The translations under genes and the position numbers were made by a program. Shown one piece after another: positions 1-14,627 of a DNA stretch of 64,000 nt (position 1 is its first letter; the number at the start of each line of letters is the position of its first letter). The notes under the pieces were generated by a model, which ran no database searches, was not told the DNA's origin, and saw only the letters and a list, made by a program, of their open reading frames with translations. The stretch comes from Lama glama (taxonomy: Eukaryota), in the NCBI GenBank assembly GCA_028534125.1, contig CM052816.1, positions 32,676,001 through 32,740,000 of the forward strand, written 5' to 3'.

Positions 1-2609
1 GAATGCTTTATTTTCTGTAGATTTACCTTTCTGGTCCCCAGTCCAGTACAAACCTCATCATCAGCTTTGTCAGTTTCACCTCTGAAATCCTGAAGGATGC
101 AAGAAAGTTATGTAGGGATATTGGTTAGCTTTCATACCATTTAGTGTTCTGCTGTCTGCTGGGTCTTTAGTGTTGATTGTGTTCCTTTTGTCATATTTCC
201 TGAAGATTTTTATAGCAAATAATTTGATCTCTTCCTTTCTTGAGAAATATCTCAACCATCTGAGGTATAATCTTTTCCATCTTGGTATCATCTCCTTATT
301 TGCTCGTATCTCAGAAGAAACATCCTTCTTTTTTTCAAGAGCAGCCTCCTTCAGATGTGTCCATGATCATTCCTCTCCGTCTTTCTTTCTCCATAACTGT
401 CCATTATCACACTTTCCATATCTTCCTCTCTAGCCTACATACATTCTGATGTATACATACCTTTTCCAGGGCTGCCGAATATAGTGCTGTGTGCTGTGCA
501 ACTCAGGGAGGCCGGTCTGAGTCTTGAGTCTGCTGTGCCATTGTCTTTTTATTCTTTAATCCCAGGAGCCTGGTGTAGTAGGAAGAACATTGACTTTTGA
601 GCCATGTAGATCTGGTTTTAAAGTCTGTTAAAACTACTTGGTGGCTTTGTGGCTGTGTGCGAGTTAGTACTCTGACTGTATTCTCAATCTATAAAGTAGA
701 ATGTTATCTTTACCTCGCAGGGTTGTAATTGGTGGGGTTTAACACATATTAAGTGTCTTTCCAAGTGTTTGGTATATTATGGAGTTCTTAAAAATATGAA
801 TTATTCTTTCCTTTGTGCTCTGACTTCCTTTACCATTTCAGTACTGAAACTGCTATTTTAAAAGTCACCAATGACTGTCTTGATTACCAAATTTAATTGC
901 CTTTCCTCAGTCATCCTTGGCTTTCTTAGACCATTTTTCAGATATTTTCTCCAGGAATAAAATGATCTGATTTCTTGGTTCTTATGTATTTCCTGATTTT
1001 CCTACTCTCTGCAAGTTAACTTCTTTACATTTCCTTCACTCTCTTGATTTTGCTCTTACCCCTGAACATAGCTGTTTCCTGTATCAGTTAGGACGGAAAC
1101 TGGGTTTAAAAACAAAAGAAATGTATTAGCTCAGGTAACTGGCAAGTGCTTAGGTAGAACTGGTTTAAAGAGCAGTTTGTTCATAGACTTATGCTATCAA
1201 GACTGAGATTCTATTTTTCTGCTGTTCTGTCAACTTTGTCTTGCTATTTGAGCTTCACACTCAGACTGGCTTCCCTTCTAGAAGACAGCTATCAACAGTG
1301 TTCATGTTACAGCCGTCTTCATTGATTTCCAAAGGGAGAGAGAAGGCTTCTCCTCTCCTAGCCTTTTCCCAGTAGTCCTAAGCTTTACTTTGATTAAACA
1401 AACAAAGATCATGTTGCCAAGTCTGTCACCATAGCTTTGTTGAGAGGGATGGAATGATTCTAATTTGCCTGACCAGTAGACGATTCCTACCCAAAATGAA
1501 GAAGAGGTAGAATGGATCATGGGGAAGTAACCAGCATTCTTAAGGGTCTCTTTGCTTTTCACTGTGTTCTTTTGGTGATCATATCTTTTTTTAAATGTTA
1601 TAAATCATCATTTTTGTGTGGATGTTTCTCAGTGCTGTAACTCAATTTCTCACTTCCACCTCTTGCTGTATATCTGTATCTTAGATGTACAACAGTAAGC
1701 TTAACTCATACCAAACTAAATCAGTTCGATTTCCATCCACACACCCTCACCTAATGTGTCTGCGTGTGTGTATATGCATTACACTTCCTCCTGATTTCTC
1801 TTCTCTAATCATCTTTCTCTCAGCCACCCAGTCTTGAAACCTTGAAGTCATCTTGGTTCTTCCACTGTCAGTCAGTTGTCAGAGGTTGAATATATCTTGT
1901 ATTAGTTGGGCCTCAGGTTACATAATACAGAACTAACAGTGATTTAAACAGTATCTCACATTAAAAGGAGGCCAGAGTTGGAGGATCCCATGGTTAGCAG
2001 TTTAGCAGCACAATGATGTCACCAAGGATCTAAGTGTTTTCCATCTTTCTCTGTAGTGTGCCGACCTTTGTGCTCAGGTTTATCCTCTCATGCGTGGTGC
2101 CATACTGCTTTTTCTGCTCCAGGCATCACATTCTCACACAGCCACCAAAGACAGGAGGAAGCTTGCCCTTCCATCTCTTGATTAGACAAGTAAACCTTTC
2201 ACGGAAGCCTAGTGTCAGGTGTCCTCCTAGCATGCATATGCCCTAGTTGCAAGGGGCTGGAAAAACCAGTATCTGGCATTTCAGTCTAGAATGGCTGGAA
2301 TTAGGTGTCTAGAATTAGGTGAATGGCTGAAGGGAAGGTAACCAACAGTGTCAGTGACATAACTTGATAGTATTGTATGGAGAAATAAGTTTAAATAAAT
2401 GAGAATTTTCAGATAGTAGTAGCAAATTTAAAGCACTACTTACCTCAAGAGTTCCTGTACCTAAGATTTTGGCCAATTATTTAGATAGTCATGGATGACT
2501 GACTAAAACTGGGTTATTATGTAAAACTAGGATATTTGAGTGGTATATCCCAGTTCTTTTAAGGTTAATGTTAAGTACATTTAAACATACACATTGCATA
2601 TAACAACTA

Positions 2610-2802
2610 TTAGGGAATAGATTTTTGCTGTTCCTCTTGGGAATAGGAGGCATTTGGAAATATATGGGGACATTTTTGGTTATCACAATGATTGTGAGGT
2701 TTTACTGACAATTACCAGGTAGAGACCAGAGACACTAAGTGTCCTGTGATGTTTGCCCACAAAACAAGATTTGTCCCTTCCAAAATCCGCGTGTTGCCCC
2801 TA
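2610..2802. mobile_element. MER20-like hAT-Charlie element
   Basis: ggcatttggaaatatatggggacatttttggttatcacaatga...ggtagagaccagagacactaa. Confidence 0.55.
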
Positions 2803-3599
2803 TACACTCATATAGCAAATGCTTTGCTTTTTTTTAAAGAGTTCACTGAGATTCATCTGTATGCTTATGTTGCAAGTGACAAAACCAAATTTGAACTGCT
2901 TAAACAATAAAGGGTATGATTAGATCTTGTAGTTGAACTTCAGCTAGGGCTTCCTCCATCCTGAAGTCATCAAGGACTTGGCTCAGTTTCTCTGTGATTC
3001 GTTCTGGTCTGTCATTCCACTTGTTTTGTTTTCATTCTCAGGTAGCTTATCTCATGGTAGCAAATTACCGTAGCATTTTCAGAGTTAATACCCTCATTTC
3101 ACATATAAAGTAAAATGAATATCTTTTGTATTTGACTTTGCAAGTGTTTGTTGAGTGTTGTCGCTGTTGAAACTTCCCTAAACACCTGCCCCTGAAAAGT
3201 TGATTACTTCCTCTCTTGTGCTACAACGTTATATATCTCTATTACATGTCATGCTCTGTGGGTATTATTTTTATATGTCTCATGTGTTACCTTGTCTTAA
3301 TTATCTTCGTATTCTTAATGTCTAGAATACTTTCTAGCTTAGTGGTACATAGTAACCATTTATGAAAAGAATTAATTAATGACACAAGAAGGAAGGATAT
3401 GGGAAGGGTCAGAGAAGTGTGAGAAGGCCCAATCCTTCAGTAGTTGTTACTGAACCCTGAATTGTGAACACTGTACTCCTTCTACCACCAAAGTATGTAT
3501 ATAAGGAATGCTCCTGTGATAGAGTATAAATTCATTTGAAAGCCTTTCTGAATTCTAGTTTTTTCATTATTTTCTCAACAAAACTAAAAGCAATTACCA

Positions 3600-4700
3600 T
3601 CATTCATTCCTTCAACAAGTATTTTTGAGAGTCTGCTATTTGCACACAATATGCCAACAATGGTGAACAAAACAGAGCCTGTGTTCTTTTTGATCATAAA
3701 TGTTAGTGAGAGTCACAGTAGACATTATGCATGTGTGTGCACTCAGCCACACACACACACACACACACATCAGGTGGTTAATAAGTTTTGTAAAATGGGT
3801 CCAGGGGATAAAAAGTGACAGAATACTACTTCAGGTAGGTTGATGAAGGAAGGGCTTTTTGAGAAGCCCTTTGAGCTGAGAGACCTGAATGAAGTAGAGT
3901 AAGTCCTGGAACTATCTCGGGGAAATTTTCAGGTAGAGGGAGGGACAGCTTGTGGGATGGAAGTGTCTTTGGCAGGTTGGAAGAACCACAGGGAGGCCAG
4001 TGTGGCTAACGTGGCGTGAGTGCAGGGGAGATGGTAAGACAGATGGGCAGAGGTTAAATCAAGTAGAATTTTGAAGGTCATTAAAGACTTAATTTTATTC
4101 TGAGTGAGATGGCAACCACTGAAGGATTTTAAGCTGGGCAATATCCAGATTTGACTTGTTTTTTAAGAGGATTGCTTTAGCTGTATGTAGAAAATAGATT
4201 GTATGAGGTGAGAATGGAAGCAGGAAAACCGGTTAGGAAAATCTTACAATCATTTAAGTTGGGAATGTGGTGCTTGGACAAGGTGGTAGTGGGGGAAGAG
4301 CAAAGAAGTGGTCAGATTTGTGATTTATTCAGAAAGTAGAGAAATTAGAATTCATTGATGAATTAGATTCAGAGTTGTGAGGGAAAGAGAAGTAAAAGAT
4401 TACTCCCAAGTTTTTTGACATGAGCAACTGGGTGAAAGGTGGTACATCTTATGGAGATAGGGACTATTGGGGGGAAGAGGTTGCTGAGAAACAGGTATGA
4501 AGAGTTAAATCAGGAGTTTTGTTTTGGATGTGGCTGTATTTGAAATACCTATCAGATAATCAAGTGGTGATGTTGAATAGGGATATATATTAGTTAGGAT
4601 TTTAAGGGAAAGGTAGAGCTAGAAATAAACATTTGGAAATTACCAGCGTACTGATGATATTTAGAGCCATGGGACCAGATGAAATCACCTGGGGAGTGAG
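3600..4700 (-). mobile_element. LINE-2 remnant
   Basis: Begins with the reversed L2 3' end (cattcattccttcaacaagtattt), followed by gagacctgaatgaag, ggaggccagtgtggct, tgagcaactgggtga and ggagttttgttttggatg. Confidence 0.7.
3749..3769. repeat. (CA)n microsatellite
   Basis: About 10 CA units. Other short tandem repeats: (TTTG)n at about 21665-21705, (TTG)n at about 22890-22915 and (TA)(CA)n at about 42908-42932. Confidence 0.9.
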
Positions 4701-6759
4701 AATGGAATTCATGAAACATTTTAATATTAAAAATAGTTTCTTACATCAGAGATTGGGAGCTACTGTTTTGGACAATAGGAGTTAGAGCATTCCAAGTATG
4801 GAGAGGATAGAGGTAGAGGTGGGACTTGACCGGGACTCCAAGGGATAGACAGGATAGAAAAGGCTTTTTTCTTCTCTCATGCCAAGCTCAGTGCCTGGCA
4901 TACAGTGAGCATTCTCCAGCTGCTGGTGAATCAACAAAAAAAATCACTTAGGCTGGGGAACAGGGGAACAGCTTGAGCAGAGGTATGGCAGCAGACATAG
5001 CCTGGAGTGTTTTAAAAGAAAGTCAGAGAGCTAGAGAAGATAGTTTGTGTTGGCAACTAGTGAAAAGTAGGGTTGGATTAGTCTATTCAAGACGTTAAAT
5101 GCTAGTTACATTTGATCCTATGATCTATTGATTTTCAACTCTATTTCTATTGTTAGCACAGTGCCTCTAGTTCCTGGTCTCTAACAGATGCTCCGTCAAT
5201 GTTGAATAAATGAATGTGCAATTCCCAACATGTAAGACTCATCTTTATAGTTTTTTCTCCCTCTCAAAGTACACTGGGATGCAAACTACATTAAATGATA
5301 CGGGGATAATCTTACGTTTGCTTTCATTTGTTAGTACTTCTAATGACAAACATTTAAAACAGTTACACTTTATTATTGATATCAAATTACTTGATATTAA
5401 ATTACCTCACAACTGTTCAGAAAATACCAGGGTATTGGCAACACCAAGTTTGAAAATTAGCTGCCCAAGAAACTGAGGAGCCATTAACAATCTTATATTC
5501 AGAGATGAACAGTCATTTTGTTTTTATAGGAGTGACTACTTTGAAGCCTGTTTGTGGATCATTTTCTCCTTTAGCTGTCTAGGAGCAAACTAGTTTAGGA
5601 TTATGGGAATGTTAGCAAGAAAATTAGAGATGATATATCTTTGGAAATCTATTATTTGTTTTTTTCAGTTGTACTATTTTAAATACTAGATATAATGAGA
5701 AAGTATCTCTGCTTTAAATAATTAGCATATCATAGACTTACAGTTTTAATGTTAGAAAATAATTTACCTGAATGAAATAATACTGAGATAAAAATGAAAA
5801 ATTTAAAGTTGCGTTTTGAAGTAACTGTTTTTGTATTTAGGTTACTTTAGGTTTGTGATTATTTTCGTCAGTCCTTATATACGCCATTACTAAAGTTTTA
5901 TATAGTCATTAAAGAAAATGTAGGAAATGCAATAAAAAGTTCAGATGACATTCATAAGCTCATCATATGAAGAAAACCAGTGTAGTTTTTGTCTCTCCCA
6001 ATCTCTCCCTCCTTCTTCCTCTTCCCCTCCACCCTCCTCCCCCCCTCTCTCATTTTCTCTTTTGTCTGATCCTAGGACTTTTTTCTAACATTAGTCATAG
6101 TATAAATATATATGTGTATATATCTCTAATTAAAAAAAAGATCATATACATTTCTTGGTATGTTTTATAAATCTTGTTTTTATTAATATATTAATAATTT
6201 CATAAATAATATAAATGTTATATATAAAGTAAGTGTTTTAATTTATAATCTCATTGTAAAAATTACTTTTCTTAACCATTCTTTGTAGTTGGTTATTTAG
6301 TTGTTTTCCATTTTATCATCATGTGGGCAGTGAACATCTTAGCATGTTACGGGTTTTTTCTCTTTATCTTGATCCTTTTCTTTAGGATAGGTTCTTAGTC
6401 AGTGGAGTTACTAGAATGTATACAAACATTTTGAAGGTTCATGATACATGTTGCCAGACTGTACAATATCTTATAGGCCCAATAAATGTTAATTGGTTTG
6501 AAAGTAATGATAACGGGGAAAAATTAGGACCCCCCAGAGTCACCGAGCTTGAATTATAACCTAGGTCAGACTTTTGTTCATCTCCAAGTATTTCCTTCTT
6601 TTTTGCCTTTAACATATATTTCAAAGTGTACATGAAGCGTAAAATGAAGAACTTAACGTGTTATTATATGTAAACACACATGAAGTCATTACCCAAGTGA
6701 AGAAGTAGAACACTGCCATCATCCCAGAGCTCCTCTCCCTTCTGCTTCCTGGTCTCAAA

Positions 6760-9700
6760 GGGAAAACTTTGACTGTTTCACTCCAAGTATGTTTGCTTAA
6801 GGTTTGCTTTCTGTTTCATTTTGTTTTTGTTTAAGCTTTTATCATGTTAAAGAAGTTCCCTTCTATACCTGGTTTAACAAGAATTTTGTGTTTTGTTCTA
6901 TTTGTTTGAATTTAATGCTTTTTTTTATTGTTGAAGCTTTTTATTACCATATGAATTTCTCCTTCAGTATGTTAATATATTGAATTATATTTTATTTTAA
7001 ATGTTCAACCTAACCTGACTCCTGAGATAAACCTAATTTGGTTTTACCATTATGCTTTTTATATATTGCTGGATTTAGTTTATTAATATTTTGCTGTTGG
7101 TTTTACATCAGTGTCCATGAGTGAGGCCTGTATTGTCTTTATCAGGATCTGAAATCAACGTTCAACATTATACTAACCTTATAAAATGAGCTGACCCTCA
7201 TTTTCTATTCTGGAAAAGTTTATGATTGGAATTATTTCTTTGTTAAATTTTTGCAAAAATCTAACAGAAGTGTCTAGGTTGGTAGTTTTCTTTGTGGAAA
7301 AGTTTGTTTGAATTTCTCATTTTTAAACCTGTTCAGGTTTTCTGTCTCTTGATTATTTTGGTAATTTTTTCCCCTAAGAGGTCGTCTTTTTCATCTAAAC
7401 TGTTTAATTTACTGGCTTAAGTTGTTTATAATAAATATTGTTGTTATCCTTTTAATGGCTGCAGGAAAGAATTACCTTCCCATGTCTGATACAGACTATG
7501 TGTACCTTCTCTTTTTCCATTATCAGACTCACCAGAGATTTAGTAGTCTTTCAAAAGAACCAAATTTTGAATCTTGCAGATCCTTTTTATTATATGTTTA
7601 TTTTCTATTGCATTGATTTTCTGCTTTTTATTTCCTTCCTTCTTTTTTGGGATTTACTTTTTTGTTCTTTTGCTAACTTCTTATAGTTCACACTTTTCAT
7701 TATTTCTTTTAAATATATGCATTTAAGGCTAAGCATTTCTCTCTAAGCACTGTTTTAGCTAGTTATATTACTCAAATTTTAATATGTAGTATTTTTATAA
7801 TTCATTTAAAAATGCTGTCTAATTTTCATTGGTTTCTACTTTGAGTTTTGGATAATTTGGATGTATTGTATTTCTCAATTTCTAAACACATGGAGATTTT
7901 CTAGTTATTTTTTAACTTGGTTTTTATTTCTAACAACATTACAGTGTAATCAGAGAACACTCCCAGTGTTTCAAAGGTCTGTGATTTCAGTCTTAAAATA
8001 TGAGATCTGCATTATGGTCCAGTATATTATCCTTTTATTCTCTGCAATTTGTTTTTTTTTTCTTTTTCTGCAGTTACTGAATGTGGTGTTCTGTATATTT
8101 TCATTAGGCTTTGCTTGTTAATTCTGTATTTTGAATCTTTAGGATCATTTGTGATCTTTTGTTTGCTTGTGTCAATTACAGACAAGGGTGTAAAACATAA
8201 CCTATTATGATTATGGATTTTTCCCCTTGTATTCTCTCAACTTTTGTTTTATATATTTGAGACTGTGCTAGTAGATGCACAGAAATGTGTAGTAGTGATG
8301 TCCTCTTAGCGACTTACCGCTATGAGGTGTTCCTCTTTCATTCTGAAAGTGCTTTTTGCATTAAAGTCTAGTTCATCTGGTATTGATATAACACTAGTTT
8401 TCTTTTTATTACTGTTTTCATGGTGTATCTTTTTCCATTCTTTTATCTCCAATCTTTCTGTAATATGTTTTAGGTGTGTCTTTTGTCACATGATTGGATT
8501 TAAATCTCCCATCTTACAATGTACTTTATATCTGCCCTATTTGTTCATTGTTCCCCTTTCTCTACTTTGGTCATTTAGATGAGTTGGCTATTTTATCATT
8601 TCAGATTTTTCCCCTTATTATTTGGAAGTTATGACCTCTTTTTTTCTTCTTTTAATAGTTATTCTAGAAATACAATATGCTTTTTATAAAATGTAATGTT
8701 AATTGATGTTTTTATCCTCTTCCCAGATGATACACTTAAGTTCTGTTTACTTACAGCCCTACTTATGTAGTATTATTGTGCATTTTAATTTATTCTTATT
8801 TATTCTCTTTCTTGTTGTTACTGTTTTACACTGTCAATATTCAGGTCAGGTTAATGCATGTATTTACCATGTCATTATGTTTTCTGTGAACTTCCACTTA
8901 GGGACATTTTTCCTTGATCTTGAAGAATCTGCAACACGCCCTTTAGAATTAACTTTAGTCTGTTTGCCTGGAAATGTATTTTTTACCTCATTCTTGAAGG
9001 ATACTTTTGCTAGCTACAAAACTCTAGTTTAGCAGCTACTGTATTTCAGCACATTGTAGGTTGGTGGTTACTTTATTTCAGCACATTCTATTGCTGTTGA
9101 GATCCTGTGTCTCTTTTTCCTTTAATAAGAAATCTGGTATTTTCCTTTGGATACTTTAAAGATTTTTATCTTTGTCTTTGGTTTTCTCTTGTTTTACTGT
9201 GCTGTGATACTGGTTTTTGGGGGCTTCCTAAATGTGTGGATTGGTGTCTTTTTCAGTATTAGAATTTTTATTTGATTATTTTCAAATCTACCATGTCACT
9301 TTTATAGTTTTTAGTTCTAAGCAAAAATAATTAACCTTGACTTTTACACCCTTAAATGTAGTAAGCATAGTTATTTTTCAGTCTGTGTCTTGTAATTCCA
9401 ATATTTTGAAATCTCTATAGGTCTGATTCTGTTGTCTGTTGTAGAAATAATTTCATGTATAAAATGAAGTTAAGTTTTCGGTAGAGAAGATTTTCATTTG
9501 CTGTTGCCAAGAATATGAGACCGTTGTAATCCAACTTCAAGTGTTTACCTTTCCTTCTTACTCTTCTTAGGGTGCATCCCTCTGGAGTCCCAGCCCAAAG
9601 TCAAGGTTGTTTTTATTATGGTCCTTACCTTTGGTGGGTCCCAGACTCTGACTTTTGTCCCGAGTCCTGCAAGGCAGGCAACAAATTTTAAAGGTCAGCC

Positions 9701-9900
9701 TCTTAAATACTTTTTCTTTATTGACAAACCCACAGAAGGCAAAAGCTGAGTTTACTTTTCTGAATTTTGACTAATGGTGGATTTGAGCTAGTTACTCATT
9801 CCTTACTATATTGGTAGTTATTTGATGCTTTTAAAAAGACTGCTGTAATATTTTGTCTAACATTTTTAGTTGACTTCAGAAGGATAGTTGATCTGAATTA
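6760..9900 (-). mobile_element. Old, highly diverged L1 (L1M-type) fragments
   Basis: Long T-rich tract with antisense L1 hallmarks (aagaagttcccttctatacctggttt, tattgctggatttagttt, ctctaagcactgttttagct, cctcattcttgaaggatactttt). Boundaries approximate. Confidence 0.65.
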
Positions 9901-12829
9901 CATAGTCTACTGTTTCTACAAGTCAAAGTCCAAATATTTCTTTAGCTAACTGTCAAGGAGGACTTGACATTTCTACATTAGTCAGTACTTTGTTTTAAGG
10001 CACCGTTTGTGGTATAAACAAGATACCTGGGAAAGGTAAACATTAAGCTCTGGTTGCCTTTTAATACTTTAACCTGTGTTGTGATAATCTTTAGTTCCTG
10101 TTTGCAAAACCTCAAGGGAAGGAGGCAGAGGATATTTTATTTGACTGGAGAAGTCAGAAATACTTTTGTAGTATGTGGGTAGTGCATTGGAGTAAGAATT
10201 GTCCTTTGTGTGAGCAAAGAGAATATATAGTGAACATTTTTGAAGTGGGGATTTGTGAACAAGGAGGAAGAATGCTTTGAGCTGAGGAGGGACGGCAAAC
10301 AAATTTGTCCTTTAGTATTTTTGTTGGAAGTGGGGTACATTTCCGGTAATTAATGTGACAGCTCTGTATATGCCATGTTTTGTTTTTATTTTCTGTAATA
10401 TTTCTTGGTATATCTCATGGACAGAATATAACTTCTGAATCTTTTTGTCTCCTACTTAAAATATTATAGGTATAATTTGCATTTCTGAGATTAAATCTAT
10501 TAAATAGGAGGTTAAACACACAGGTCAGAACTCATATTAGGCAAACTAAGCTATAGCAGTCTTTACATAGATTGACATTCTTCTGTGGTTGGAAGGGTGT
10601 TGAAAATTTCGTATAACATACCAATATATTTTTATTTTAAAGACATTTGACTTGATGTTAATCACAGCTCTTAGTATGAAATGCCATCCATCACTTTGCA
10701 ATTACATTGGTGCATCAACAAAATACAAAAGCAGTTCTCTTATAAGGAAACCTAGAATTGTTGTATTTGTTTACTTGATTCTTTTTTTTTTCCTCTGCTA
10801 AAAGAAAATACTAAGTTGAAGATTCTTGTTAATTATTATTCCTTCACTTCCCTGCTATGTTAGATTTAAAAAAGTCTTTGTTTTGGGTTTGCTTACCTCC
10901 CTTTGGAAAACTGAAGGATGAAATGAGGTGACAGAATTTTAGAACTAGAAGAGACTCTAGATATTAATTCTTGTATGTGCCCCTCTTTTCTACTTCTTTC
11001 CCACTTTAAATATGTGAAAAACAGAGGCCCAAGGAAGTCTGAGTGACTTGATTTGCCTTAAGTTATGCTGAATTGATATCCAGATCTCTTCTTCATAGTT
11101 TCTTGAGGTTCTTTTCAGCCATTAGACACCATTAGCTATATCAGACGTAGCTCAGATGGTGATTTATCAGTAAGTGTTAGGGTCTGCTAAAATATTAATG
11201 CATGTTGATAATCCACATATTTATTGCAAATGTAATTAATTTTATACTTCCTAAATTCAATTTGTGAGTCTACTGTTTAATTTCTTAAACTTTACTGTCT
11301 ATGCCTAAATTCAGATGTGAGTCGGTCTTGCCATTCAGCCTCAGCATTTGTTAATGTTCATGCTATTCCTTAGTTGGACTCTTTATAATATTTTCTGAAG
11401 ATTTTTATTTCTGTCATATCCCCTGTAAAGCAACTCTTATGTTAGAATAAGTACCTCAGACAATGGATGAGTGATAATATTCTACTATGATAACACATTT
11501 AGTCATTGTTAAATAACTCTTACTTGTAAAATCTTGCAGTGCTTGCCACACAAGTGTAACACATTTACCCTGTTACATTCATCCATGTTCATTAGAGCTT
11601 GACTTTAGTACCTCTGTTTAATTAGGCCTATGGCATTCTTCTCATCTCATTCTAGTCATTCTTTAATTTCTTCTGTCTTCTTTGTCTTTGCCATAGTTTA
11701 ATTTCAAAGATGCTGATATCTCTTCTAATATTTCAGTGGCATTTCTTCTATGGTTTTGGAGTTCTAACACAAGAGTTTTTTCTCTGCCTTCTCTAACAAA
11801 TATCAAGTTACATATTATTATCACTGAAAGATGATATTAGCCATCAGTTAGGAAAATAAACTCACAGGTTGGAAAAATGTCACACTGAACAAAATACAAA
11901 TATATTTTAATTATTGCACACATTTGGTTGAACACTCATATTACATGTGTTTAATGAATTACTGAGTTGGGTCTCAGGTTAAACTAAGTTGTGAATTTTC
12001 ACAGAAATTGAATGCTTCCCCAAAAATCAAAAGTCATATGGGAGAAAAATCAGTTCTGTTGTACTAGTGTAATGTATTATGCCAGCTTTAAAATCCAGTT
12101 ACTGCTTCACTTTTATAGAATTTACATGCTATCTTTTGGAGGTACATATTGGTAGGATTTTTTCCCACAGCTGCATGATATTTTATGATGAGTTGCTACA
12201 TGCTATGATTTCCTTTTAGTTTATATTGGACTAATGAGATTCTTCATTTAGTATACAGTTAGGTCTTCAACAAAAGGTTTACATCTCAATTCAGGTAGCA
12301 GCCAGCTAATTGAATGTTATTATTAGGACCTTGAGGACTGGACTTGAACCATGACAATTTTCTTCCCAAAATGTTAAATATAAGGAATTGAAAAGAATAG
12401 CTGAATGGGAAAAAGAGTTCTTCTCGTTTTTGTAACCTGTGTTTGGTACACTGCATTACTACATGCCTGAGAGAAGTAGATTATTGTGGGTAATTTTAAA
12501 ATTCTATTCCTAATCTATCTCACCATTAGTGAGTTACAAATTAAAATCTTTTATTTGGCTTTTAATTGGTTCTTAATGAAGTTGAGGAAGGCACTCTGTA
12601 AACCTAGTATTGGAGGCTTCTGGTTTTATTGCTTAGGTAACCTGTATTCATCAATTTAACTAGAGTATTTTACACAGTTTTTTTCATACCTGACACATAT
12701 ATCCTCATCATATTTGTCCATGTTTTTATTAAGGACCAACGAGGGGTTTAGGAAGACATCTCTTTGTTAAAGATAAATATATTTAGGTTTCTACATCAGG
12801 AATAATTTACTTTAGGTCGGTGAAAAATG

Positions 12830-12923
12830 AAGCCTGGATTCAAGTTTGGCTCTGCCTTTAACTAGATCAGAACAAGTCACTTAACCTTTCTGTGATTTAG
12901 CTTTTACATCTACAAAATAAGGA
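12830..12923 (+). mobile_element. MIR SINE core, directly abutting the RAB5B insertion site
   Basis: cctggattcaagtttggctctgcc...aacaagtcacttaacctttctgtg...catctacaaaataagga resembles the MIR core. Weaker MIR-like pieces occur near 570-790, 27310-27480, 42745-42995, 58945-59100 and 62745-62855. Confidence 0.6.
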
Positions 12924-14127
12924 CATACTATGTTTTTTGGGGTTTTTTTTCTTCACTTTTTTTCTCCTTTATTACTTACATTAAATACATCGGTAAATCA
13001 GCAGTCGCATTCTGTTACCACGATTGTTATGTTGGGAGAGGGAGAAAGGGGGGAAAAGGCAAATGCTTTCTCAGAAAAAAAAAAAAAGCCTCCCCGCTTA
13101 AAAAAAAAGATCAGAAGGAAAAAAATGAAGAGCTGGGAAATAAAAACTAAGATTCCCCCAAGCCCAATAGAGCTCAAAGGAAAGCAGAAGAGCTGGAAGT
13201 AGATGGAAGGCAGCAGATAGGCCCAGAAGCTAAGGCCAATCCTGTTCCTAAGAGGGGGCGGGGAGGGAAGAAGAAGCCTGGAGAAATGATTTCCCAGCCC
13301 CAAGGCAACGAAACATCTTTACTCCTGCTCCACAAGGAAAGCTGTGCAGACAAAGAACTTCATTTCTAAGAGGCTTAAGAGAGCCATCCTAGTTCTTCCA
13401 CTTGTAGGAATGCACTGAGTGCTTTTGGTGCTAGTGGGCGCTGGGAAAGGGGAAAATGTTTGTGTGTTTCAGGGCCACGGGAACTAAGGCTGCCCCTGGA
13501 AAAGGAAAGGAATTGAGGCCTAAGTGGAAGAACCTAAGCTGGGTCCTCCAGAAGCTCAGCTTCTTGGATTTCTCAGCTGCTCTGGGGCAGGAGGCAGTCT
13601 GGAAGCCAAAAGGGCAGAAAGGTTCCAATCCTGGGTCACTATGGCCTCTCCTTACTTCCCCCAATATTCCCAAAACTCTGGGCTAGAACGAGAAGGAGTT
13701 GAAAGTTCTCTCTTGCCTTGATGGCTTCCCAAAGCCATCCTAAAATTCCTGATGAGGGATGTAAAGAGGCTAGAGATTTAAAAGGGCAACCATCCTCTGG
13801 GATGTGAGACACCATGAGGGACCTTCAGTGCCAGTCATTCCCTGTCCACAGGAACAGGTGTTAAGATATGAGGGAGCCACATGTAGGCCTCTATGGTACT
13901 ACCCCCTAGTGGTGTGTGGATTAAACCGCTGGTTGTATGGGGGGTGGGGATATCATGGAGGAACCAAACTGAAGATACTAACAAAGAAGAAAAGAAATAG
14001 GGAGATGGGGGACAGAACAGACTGTACAGTGGGAATAAAGATCATATCTATTTACAGGGAAGTAGAAAAGACATGGTAAATGGTGGATCAAATTGAATGG
14101 GAACCCTGGGAAAGGACAGAAAATGCC

Positions 14128-14627
14128 NNNNNNNNNNNNNNNNNNNNNNNNNNNNNNNNNNNNNNNNNNNNNNNNNNNNNNNNNNNNNNNNNNNNNNNNN
14201 NNNNNNNNNNNNNNNNNNNNNNNNNNNNNNNNNNNNNNNNNNNNNNNNNNNNNNNNNNNNNNNNNNNNNNNNNNNNNNNNNNNNNNNNNNNNNNNNNNNN
14301 NNNNNNNNNNNNNNNNNNNNNNNNNNNNNNNNNNNNNNNNNNNNNNNNNNNNNNNNNNNNNNNNNNNNNNNNNNNNNNNNNNNNNNNNNNNNNNNNNNNN
14401 NNNNNNNNNNNNNNNNNNNNNNNNNNNNNNNNNNNNNNNNNNNNNNNNNNNNNNNNNNNNNNNNNNNNNNNNNNNNNNNNNNNNNNNNNNNNNNNNNNNN
14501 NNNNNNNNNNNNNNNNNNNNNNNNNNNNNNNNNNNNNNNNNNNNNNNNNNNNNNNNNNNNNNNNNNNNNNNNNNNNNNNNNNNNNNNNNNNNNNNNNNNN
14601 NNNNNNNNNNNNNNNNNNNNNNNNNNN
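14128..14627. other. Assembly gap (500 N)
   Basis: A run of exactly 500 N inside the 3' UTR of the RAB5B retrocopy. Confidence 0.99.

Noticed and set aside
1..12800. APC promoter/exon 1B or another gene in the first 13 kb
   Set aside because: No CpG island and no recognisable exon. The short ORFs are low-complexity products of AT-rich repeats.
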